Shown piece by piece: positions 40,849 through 47,824 of a stretch of DNA of 64,000 bases; positions within the stretch are counted from its first letter, which is position 1, and each line of letters starts with the position of its first letter. The translations under genes were made by a program, and so were the position numbers. The DNA is from a virus, in IMG/VR virus record IMGVR_UViG_3300044638_006409, positions 32,001 through 96,000 of that record; one strand, written 5' to 3'. Under the pieces are notes generated by a model, which was given only the letters and a program-made list of their open reading frames with translations, was not told the origin of the DNA and did no database searches.

Positions 40849-41064
40849 TTATACTACTAAATTGGAGATTATTTCACAATTATTATCGTCAACAACTTTA
40901 AGGTTATATGATAGTTGACCATCCATAATTAGAGGTACATCAAAAGAATAAGTCCCACCAGTTATGGTATTTACATACACACAAGTTGTTAGGGGATCAT
41001 CACATAAATAAATGTCAAAAGGTGTTGCACCTGAAACTCCATTTATTGTTATCGTTGTTGGCAT
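40849..41064 (-). CDS. small Cys-containing protein, paralog of 38613..38912
   Basis: PFDIYLCD..C.YV...KVVDDNNCE. Confidence 0.6.
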   Translation of the reverse strand: MPTTITINGVSGATPFDIYLCDDPLTTCVYVNTITGGTYSFDVPLIMDGQLSYNLKVVDDNNCEIISNLVV

Positions 41065-41095
41065 TTGACAAAATTGTTTTTTATAAATATATTAG
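41064..41095. promoter_or_regulatory. overlapping divergent promoters
   Basis: Plus strand TTGACA(41065-70)-N17-TATATT toward primase; minus strand TATTTATA (41082-41089) toward the virion cluster. Confidence 0.55.
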
Positions 41096-41117
41096 GTAGT
41101 AAAACTTTGTGAATATT

Positions 41118-42020
41118 ATGGCTGACGATAATGAAATAATAGTAGATTTACTCAATGACATATTTGGAAAGGAAAAACAACATTATGAGTCCAAATGTCA
41201 AGTTTCATACAATTGTCCTAATTGTGATGAAGGTAAAAATAAGGGTAATTTGGAGATTAATTATTTCAAACATCTATTTCATTGTTGGAGTTGTGGTGAT
41301 ACGGACAATATGCACGGGTCACTTGGAAAGTTGATAAAAAAATATGGTAAAAAATCACATTATAAAACATATTCCATATTAGCCCCTGAGGAAAACAAAC
41401 CAACCAATTATAAAAAAACTCAAAAACTTAAATTACCTGAACATTTTAAAAAGTTCAACGAAGTTTCAAGTATCTATCCTGTAAGAAGACAAGCCTACAA
41501 TTATTTAACTAATAGAGGCATTACTGATGAAATTATTGAAAGATATGGTATTGGATTTTGTGATAATGGTAGTCACGCAGGTAGAATTATAATTCCATCT
41601 TATGATAAAAAAGACGAATTAAATTATTATATTGCGAGAAGTTGGGATTTACATACTAAGGCCAAATATAAGAACCCTGAATCAGCCAAAGATGAAATTA
41701 TTTTTTTTGAGAGTTTGATTGATTGGGAAAAAGATATTACCTTGGTTGAGGGAGCATTTGATTCTATCTTTATACCAAATAGTATTCCGATGTTAGGGAA
41801 ACATATGAGTTCGTTATTATTTAATACTTTATATGACAAAGCTAAAGGAAATATAACAATTGCATTGGATGGTGATGCTTATGATAATGCTGTAAGTTTG
41901 TACCACGAGTTAAATGGTGGTGAATTATATGGAAGAATAAAGATTGTAAAATTACCACTTGATAAGGACATTGCTGATTTGAGGGGAAACATAAATGAAT
42001 ATTACATAACAATAAGATGA
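41118..42020 (+). CDS. DNA primase (DnaG / gp61-like)
   Basis: Zn finger CPNC...HCWSC, RIIIP, KYKNP and TOPRIM VEGAFD..DGD. Confidence 0.85.
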   Translation: MADDNEIIVDLLNDIFGKEKQHYESKCQVSYNCPNCDEGKNKGNLEINYFKHLFHCWSCGDTDNMHGSLGKLIKKYGKKSHYKTYSILAPEENKPTNYKKTQKLKLPEHFKKFNEVSSIYPVRRQAYNYLTNRGITDEIIERYGIGFCDNGSHAGRIIIPSYDKKDELNYYIARSWDLHTKAKYKNPESAKDEIIFFESLIDWEKDITLVEGAFDSIFIPNSIPMLGKHMSSLLFNTLYDKAKGNITIALDGDAYDNAVSLYHELNGGELYGRIKIVKLPLDKDIADLRGNINEYYITIR

Positions 42021-42862
42021 CAGATTTATATAAAGTAAGAGATGAGATATTGGAAATAGTGGGGAATAGACAAAAAGAACTACAACTTACATTTGAGGAA
42101 GAAGCTCATAAATATACAATGTTGGATATCAATGGAAAACTGAAAGATGATTGGTATTCCGTATCAAAGATTATTAAAAAATATTACGATGAGTTTCCAG
42201 CTGAAGAAATTGCATTAAAAAAGGCCAAAGGTGATGTTGAAGAACAACAAAAATTATTAAAAGAATGGGCTGATGCTGGTACATATTCTACTAACTTGGG
42301 GAGTAGAACTCACTATTTGTTGGAACAAAAATCATTGGAAATGTTTGATATCGAAAAAGAAGTTAGACAACCCATATTTGATTGTGATTTTGAACAAATA
42401 TTGAAGAGTGATAGAATGGTTAGTGCTGGTGGTAATTATTTGGAATTAATGAAAGAAAGAGGTGCGGTTTTACTAGATACTGAAATGGTATTAGGTGATA
42501 ACGAATTACAATATGTTGGACAACCCGACCAAATGTGGTTAATTGAAAATAAAGAAAAAAACCAAATAGGTATTTTCTGTGGTGATTATAAAACTAACAA
42601 ACCAAAAAACTTTGAATCTAATCAATTTACCAAACCAATGAAGTACCCCTTCAATAAATTACCAAATAATGCTTTGGGACACTATTACATTCAACTTCCA
42701 CTATATTTAAGATTATTATTTAAGATGTTGAAAGGAAGTAAATATGAAAAAATTGGACTATTTGGGGCTATAATAGTATTGTTAAAAGACAATGGTACAT
42801 TTGAAGAATTTAGAATTCCTATGTCGGTTATAACTCAGGTGATGAATCTTAAAATATTTTAA
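42017..42862 (+). CDS. PD-(D/E)XK exonuclease (RecB/Cas4-like)
   Basis: GSRTH, E...GQPD...DYKT and QLPLY motifs. Confidence 0.75.
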   Translation: MTDLYKVRDEILEIVGNRQKELQLTFEEEAHKYTMLDINGKLKDDWYSVSKIIKKYYDEFPAEEIALKKAKGDVEEQQKLLKEWADAGTYSTNLGSRTHYLLEQKSLEMFDIEKEVRQPIFDCDFEQILKSDRMVSAGGNYLELMKERGAVLLDTEMVLGDNELQYVGQPDQMWLIENKEKNQIGIFCGDYKTNKPKNFESNQFTKPMKYPFNKLPNNALGHYYIQLPLYLRLLFKMLKGSKYEKIGLFGAIIVLLKDNGTFEEFRIPMSVITQVMNLKIF

Positions 42863-42867
42863 AACAT

Positions 42868-43581
42868 ATGCAAAAATTAATACTTGGTGATTGTTTAGAA
42901 ATGATGAAATCAATCGAATCTGATTCAGTTGATGTTATTGTAACTTCCCCACCATACAACAAAAAAGGTCTTGTTGGAGGAAAAATTAAACCTGGTAATC
43001 AAGTATGGAAAAAATTTAACATAGATTATTCTGAGTATGACGATAATCTTTCAGAAAGTGACTATAATGATTGGATGGTCACAATCTTGAATGAGATGAT
43101 GCGAATAATTAAACCTACAGGGTCTATATTTTTTAACCATAAACCTAGACGACACAATAACAAAGTTCATTTACCAACTGATTTTATCAGTAAGTCAAAT
43201 CTTTCATTATATCAATTGATAATTTGGAATAGACTATCAAGTCCAAATATTCGAAAAGATGTTTTGTTACCTTGTACTGAACACATTTATTGGTTGACAA
43301 AAGGAAAACCTAAAACATACAAGGAAAATTTAGATAAACAATTTCATTCTGAAATTTGGACGATAAATCCTGATAAGGGGAGTGAACATCCCGCCCCTTT
43401 TCCTGAAAAGTTGGTCGAAAATTGTATTCTTTTGACCACAGAAGTTAATGATTTGGTAGTAGACCCATTTTTAGGTTCGGGCACAACAACTAAGGTAGCT
43501 AAGACTTTAGATAGACATTATATAGGAATTGAACTTGATAAAAAATACTATGAAATAGCGGAATCAAGACTAAACAAATAG
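42868..43581 (+). CDS. beta-class N4-cytosine/N6-adenine DNA methyltransferase
   Basis: TSPPY before HPAPFP and DPFLGSGTT. Confidence 0.9.
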   Translation: MQKLILGDCLEMMKSIESDSVDVIVTSPPYNKKGLVGGKIKPGNQVWKKFNIDYSEYDDNLSESDYNDWMVTILNEMMRIIKPTGSIFFNHKPRRHNNKVHLPTDFISKSNLSLYQLIIWNRLSSPNIRKDVLLPCTEHIYWLTKGKPKTYKENLDKQFHSEIWTINPDKGSEHPAPFPEKLVENCILLTTEVNDLVVDPFLGSGTTTKVAKTLDRHYIGIELDKKYYEIAESRLNK

Positions 43582-44196
43582 ATTCTTATGTATATGCCAT
43601 AAAACATTGTATCTATTTGTTTTACTCCTTTTACCCTCTCTTTGAAAGTGAAAATAAGTTTTTTTATTTTCATCTTTAAGATGAATACCACCATTCATAA
43701 AAATCCATTCACACTTGGAAATTCTGTTTATTATTTCTTGATAAGTTAATTCGTACTCGTTGTTTTTCTTAATATCATTAAAAATGATATGTGTGATATT
43801 ATGACCATTTCTAACTATCAAATCAATAATTCTTTCCTTGTTTTCATCTAAAAAAACTTTGAAAGAATCTACTAATTTTGAATCTATTTGATTAATCTGA
43901 TATCTATCACGACCATAGTTATTCATAGTTTCATTACCACAAAACAACTTTATAAATTCAACACAATTAGAATTCATATCAAAACTTTCTATGAAACTTT
44001 TCTGAGTAGTTAGATGAACTTGTGTACTAACACCACTTGCATTTTTTATACTTACATTTTTTTCGTTACTAAAACCATCTATCTTTGTTTTAGAACCACC
44101 CAACTGAACTAAATTGTGTTTATCACACACCATTTTTTCTTTGATTGTGGAATATTCTTCTCGTATTTTGAACCCATCTTCTTTGGATAACGCCAT
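43570..44196 (-). CDS. putative type II restriction endonuclease (HinP1I/MspI-like)
   Basis: KID..NVSIK, TQV, IKLFCG, FLDENK, GGI and FQREG follow the motif order I recall for HinP1I; convergent with the MTase. Confidence 0.65.
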   Translation of the reverse strand: MALSKEDGFKIREEYSTIKEKMVCDKHNLVQLGGSKTKIDGFSNEKNVSIKNASGVSTQVHLTTQKSFIESFDMNSNCVEFIKLFCGNETMNNYGRDRYQINQIDSKLVDSFKVFLDENKERIIDLIVRNGHNITHIIFNDIKKNNEYELTYQEIINRISKCEWIFMNGGIHLKDENKKTYFHFQREGKRSKTNRYNVLWHIHKNLFV

Positions 44197-44277
44197 AGTT
44201 TTTTCTTTTAAAGATATAACATTTTAATTAGATTTATATTATAGTGTGTATATTTTTTTATCTTAAACTTGTATAAG

Positions 44278-44308
44278 TTGATTTTAAAAAACAAATTTCA
44301 TATCCTTA
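44278..44308 (+). promoter_or_regulatory. putative promoter TTG-N20-TATCCTTA
   Basis: Same geometry as the other host-type promoters; precedes the small-ORF cluster. Confidence 0.4.
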
Positions 44309-44331
44309 TCCTATAATCAAAAATAAAAAAA

Positions 44332-44517
44332 ATGGAACTATTAGAAGACTCAAAAACGGAAACGGAAAAAGATTATTTTGATGAATTTAAACTAGTAATG
44401 AAAAAGTTGAAAAAAAAATATACCATTATTTATAATGGTGTTAAGTTTGTCTCTGATAGAGAAATAGTAGGTATTGAACCTGAAACATATAAATTAATTT
44501 ACAAAAACAATAATTAA
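44332..44517 (+). CDS. hypothetical protein
   Basis: ATG after an A-rich leader. Confidence 0.55.
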   Translation: MELLEDSKTETEKDYFDEFKLVMKKLKKKYTIIYNGVKFVSDREIVGIEPETYKLIYKNNN

Positions 44518-44519
44518 AA

Positions 44520-44792
44520 ATGGAAAACCAGAAATTAGAATCAGTTGAAGTTTCAGTTTATGAATCTTTTACAACTTACCTTAGAAAAAAACCATTGGTT
44601 ATTAACATTACAGATTATCCTGAATTGGATGGTATGGATGAAGACCAAATCCAAGCTTATATTTTGGAAAATGGTTGGGATATGAAACCTATGGATGGTA
44701 ATGTTTATGAAAGTTTGATGGAAGAACTTAATAACCAAGATACCGAATGGGATAAAATTGATAATGAAGATTTTAATATAATTGTAGAATAA
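44520..44792 (+). CDS. acidic hypothetical protein
   Basis: Very Asp/Glu-rich 90-aa ORF. Confidence 0.6.
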   Translation: MENQKLESVEVSVYESFTTYLRKKPLVINITDYPELDGMDEDQIQAYILENGWDMKPMDGNVYESLMEELNNQDTEWDKIDNEDFNIIVE

Positions 44793-44793
44793 T

Positions 44794-45024
44794 ATGGATA
44801 ACCTAATTAATACAGAACAAAACCTACCAAAAATTGACCTTAAAGAACAACCAACTATTACCTGTGAGGAGTGTGGGTCAAAATACTTTAAAGAAGTAGT
44901 TCTAATCAAAAAAGTTTCTAAAATGTTAATAGGTAGTTTTGAAGATACCTTAGTACCATTCCCAACTTATCGTTGTGATGATTGTGGACACGTTAATCCC
45001 GACTTCGAATTATTTGATAAATGA
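44794..45024 (+). CDS. small zinc-ribbon protein
   Basis: CEEC...CDDCGH. Confidence 0.7.
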   Translation: MDNLINTEQNLPKIDLKEQPTITCEECGSKYFKEVVLIKKVSKMLIGSFEDTLVPFPTYRCDDCGHVNPDFELFDK

Positions 45025-45224
45025 TAGATAACAAGATATTATTGGAAACTTATATGATTGGTTTCTCTGACGAGTTGAAAGGTGAAACAAGGGAATTCAA
45101 AGACCCAATGTTAATAAGAGCATATGAGTTGGGAAAAGTTGATGCCTTTGTTGGTGATGATGTTATGTCCGTTAATTACCAATCTGACGAACATTTATTA
45201 AAACGAATTAAAAATTATGATTAA
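45021..45224 (+). CDS. hypothetical protein
   Basis: Coupled ORF in the operon. Confidence 0.55.
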   Translation: MIDNKILLETYMIGFSDELKGETREFKDPMLIRAYELGKVDAFVGDDVMSVNYQSDEHLLKRIKNYD

Positions 45225-45993
45225 AAAATTGGTTCATTTTTCAGATTTACATTTGAGATTAATAAAAGACCACGACCTATATAAAACAATCCTAACGGAT
45301 ATGTTTAATCAATTCAAGGAAATAAAGCCTGATAGAGTCGTATTTAGTGGTGACCTAGTCCATAGTAAAAACCAAGTCAGTCCTGAACTTATTGAAATGG
45401 TAAGGTGGGTATTGGATGAGTGTTCAAAGATAGCCAAAACAATTATCATTGTTGGAAATCACGATATGTTAGAGAATAACTTATCAAGGTTGGATACATT
45501 AACCCCCATCATTCAATCAATGGACAATGACAATATTGTTTATTACAAGGATAGAGGTGTGTATCAAGACGAGAATATAGATTGGGTTGTTTATTCATTA
45601 TTTGAACATAACATTCCACCAGTTATAGAGAAGTCAGACAGATTAAAGATTGGGTTATTTCACGGACCTATTGTTGGTTTATACACAGATATTGGATATA
45701 AGTTTGAGACAGGATATGAGGTCAGTAAGTTTGAAGGATGTGATATTGTTCTATGTGGTGATATACATGCCAGACAAACGATTTATTTGGATAAAACACC
45801 AATAATCCAAGTAGGCTCAACAATCCAACAAAACTTTGGGGAATCTTTACGGAAACACGGATTTGGAATATATGATGTTATTAAAGATGATTATTCATTT
45901 GTTGACTTGAATAATCCTCGACCATTCCTTAAGTTTGAGATGAACTCATTTGAAGATATTATTGATGGAAAAGAAAAATTACTTAACGCTTAA
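45217..45993 (+). CDS. metallophosphoesterase, SbcD/Mre11/gp47-like nuclease domain
   Basis: DLH, GDLVH, GNHD, FHG and GDIH motifs; QQNFGE. Confidence 0.85.
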   Translation: MIKKLVHFSDLHLRLIKDHDLYKTILTDMFNQFKEIKPDRVVFSGDLVHSKNQVSPELIEMVRWVLDECSKIAKTIIIVGNHDMLENNLSRLDTLTPIIQSMDNDNIVYYKDRGVYQDENIDWVVYSLFEHNIPPVIEKSDRLKIGLFHGPIVGLYTDIGYKFETGYEVSKFEGCDIVLCGDIHARQTIYLDKTPIIQVGSTIQQNFGESLRKHGFGIYDVIKDDYSFVDLNNPRPFLKFEMNSFEDIIDGKEKLLNA

Positions 45994-46651
45994 CAAACAA
46001 AACCAAAAGGATTTAACTGATTATTGTAAGTTAAATGATATTGAAGATGTTGATAAGTTCTTTCAAAAATGTTTTAAGAGGGGGTATGATATTGAGAGAT
46101 ATGGTTTAATGGGTGATAACTCAGAAAAAATTATTGAATATGTTGAGAAAGAAATTCCGGTTGAGATTATTAAATATGTGGAGAAAGAAACGATTAAAGA
46201 GATTCCAATCGAGGTCGTTAAAGAGGTTGAAAAGGAAGTTATTAAAACCGTGTATGTTGAAAAAGAAATCCCAATCGAGAAGATAGTTGAGATAACAAAA
46301 GAAGTTGTTGTAGAAAAGGTTGTCGAAGTAATAAAGGAAGTTCCAATATTCATATCAGGTGAGACAATACCCCAAATAATCGAAAGGATTGTTGAAATAC
46401 CAATTGAGATTGAAAAAATAGTTGAAGTTCAAGTAGAAGTCGAAAAAATTGTTGAGGTTATCAAAGAAGTTGAAAAACCAAATGATAAGATGGGAATGTT
46501 ACAAGAAACTTTAATGAAGTTGAGAAGAGAGATGGGGGATAAAGATAAGACAATAACTGAACTTAATAACAAGATTGAACAACTAGAGAAACTAGTATCA
46601 AATACTGGTGCTGTTTATATGAAAGGTTCTAATCTTTCACAAAATCTTTAA
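45965..46651 (+). CDS. low-complexity EKEIPVE-repeat protein with C-terminal coiled coil
   Basis: Repeated V/I-E-K-E-I-P-V/I-E units. Confidence 0.7.
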   Translation: MEKKNYLTLNKQNQKDLTDYCKLNDIEDVDKFFQKCFKRGYDIERYGLMGDNSEKIIEYVEKEIPVEIIKYVEKETIKEIPIEVVKEVEKEVIKTVYVEKEIPIEKIVEITKEVVVEKVVEVIKEVPIFISGETIPQIIERIVEIPIEIEKIVEVQVEVEKIVEVIKEVEKPNDKMGMLQETLMKLRREMGDKDKTITELNNKIEQLEKLVSNTGAVYMKGSNLSQNL

Positions 46652-46660
46652 TTTTTAATT

Positions 46661-46696
46661 AGTCCCACTATTTTAATATAAAAAAGTAGTGGGATT
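46661..46696 (+). promoter_or_regulatory. hairpin covering the GTG start of the endonuclease gene
   Basis: AGTCCCACTA...TAGTGGGATT; the GTG at 46689 lies in the 3' arm. Confidence 0.55.
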
Positions 46697-46988
46697 TGTT
46701 TACTTTATAAAAGACAACTCAGACCAAGTTAAGATTGGTTACACAAAAAGAAATGTAAAAGATAGGGTTAAAGAGTTGAACTCACCAAATTTAATTACTA
46801 TACTTGAATTTGAGACAAAGTACCCCACACAACTCGAAAAAGCATTACATTTCAGGTTCAAAAAACATAATATTGAAAGAGAATGGTTTTGTTTGGATGA
46901 CTTCAAGGTTGAAGAACTGAAACAGATATGTGAAATGTTGAATGAGGGACTTTGTGCAATAAAAGAAAACAATTATTTCAAATTATGA
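46689..46988 (+). CDS. GIY-YIG-like (T5orf172/MUG113) endonuclease domain protein
   Basis: FVYFI...KIGYT...R..EL...LEKALH..F...REWF. Confidence 0.8.
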   Translation: MGFVYFIKDNSDQVKIGYTKRNVKDRVKELNSPNLITILEFETKYPTQLEKALHFRFKKHNIEREWFCLDDFKVEELKQICEMLNEGLCAIKENNYFKL

Positions 46989-47338
46989 TTTCAGTACAAT
47001 TAATTACTTGGTTTATCTTATCCTATGGATTGATGAACATTATGGTTTATGGAAGTATATTCCAAGGGCTAAGAGATTTCTTCAAAAATCTTGGAAATAA
47101 TCCGTATCAACCATTCCAATTCTTTTTTCATTTTATTGATGGTATTTTATCTTGTCCTATGTGTTTTAGTTTCCACGGAGGATGGTTTTTATCATTGGTA
47201 ATATTCTCACCAGTTCATATGTTATTTGGAGTTCCTATGTGGGGTTCTTGGTTTTTTGATGGTATTTTATCATCAGGTGCTGTATGGGCAATCAATGCAA
47301 TCGTTGAATACTTTGAGGAAAATAGACCATCTAAATAA
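46985..47338 (+). CDS. membrane protein, DUF1360-like
   Basis: Hydrophobic segments with LSCPMCFSF. Confidence 0.55.
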   Translation: MISVQLITWFILSYGLMNIMVYGSIFQGLRDFFKNLGNNPYQPFQFFFHFIDGILSCPMCFSFHGGWFLSLVIFSPVHMLFGVPMWGSWFFDGILSSGAVWAINAIVEYFEENRPSK

Positions 47339-47353
47339 TAAAAATTATAAATA

Positions 47354-47566
47354 ATGAAACTAATCGAGTTTAAATTAGAAAAAGGTTCAGTTTTCGTCAA
47401 TCCTGATAAGATTGTTTCAGTGAGTGAAAAACCTGATGGAAGAACTGAAATTACAACAGTTAATTACAATGAGTTTTACAATTTAAATCAAAACATTGAA
47501 GATGTTTTAATGGATTTAGGAACTTATGGTGGATTTAAAACATATAAAAAAATAACTAATAATTAA
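47354..47566 (+). CDS. small hypothetical protein
   Basis: VFVNPDKIVSV pattern typical of small beta-barrel phage proteins. Confidence 0.55.
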   Translation: MKLIEFKLEKGSVFVNPDKIVSVSEKPDGRTEITTVNYNEFYNLNQNIEDVLMDLGTYGGFKTYKKITNN

Positions 47567-47567
47567 A

Positions 47568-47816
47568 ATGGGAAAGAAAGAAAAAGAACACAGAAAGAAA
47601 GTTGCAAAAAGAAACGAAAAAATTGCCGCTGAGAAAAAACAATTCCAAAAACAATATACTGAATTGTTGGAACAAAAGTTAAAAGAATATCAAGCGAAAC
47701 TTACAGAAAACGAACAATTAGAAAACGAAATGAAAGTTTCATTAGGTGGACAAGAATTAAACTTTTCAATTGTAGACCCAAGTGAATTAGAACAACCAAC
47801 AGAAGAAAACCAGTAA
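47568..47816 (+). CDS. small coiled-coil protein with basic N-terminus
   Basis: MGKKEKEHRKKVAKRN. Confidence 0.6.
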   Translation: MGKKEKEHRKKVAKRNEKIAAEKKQFQKQYTELLEQKLKEYQAKLTENEQLENEMKVSLGGQELNFSIVDPSELEQPTEENQ

Positions 47817-47824
47817 CAAACCCT

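Noticed and set aside
33918-41064. Invertible tail-fibre cassette or DGR
   Set aside because: I saw no flanking inverted repeats, invertase, reverse transcriptase or TR/VR pair; the cluster has its own oriented promoter motifs.
42017-42862. Cas4 / CRISPR adaptation gene
   Set aside because: It lacks the Fe-S Cys cluster and has no cas context; better called a generic PD-(D/E)XK exonuclease.
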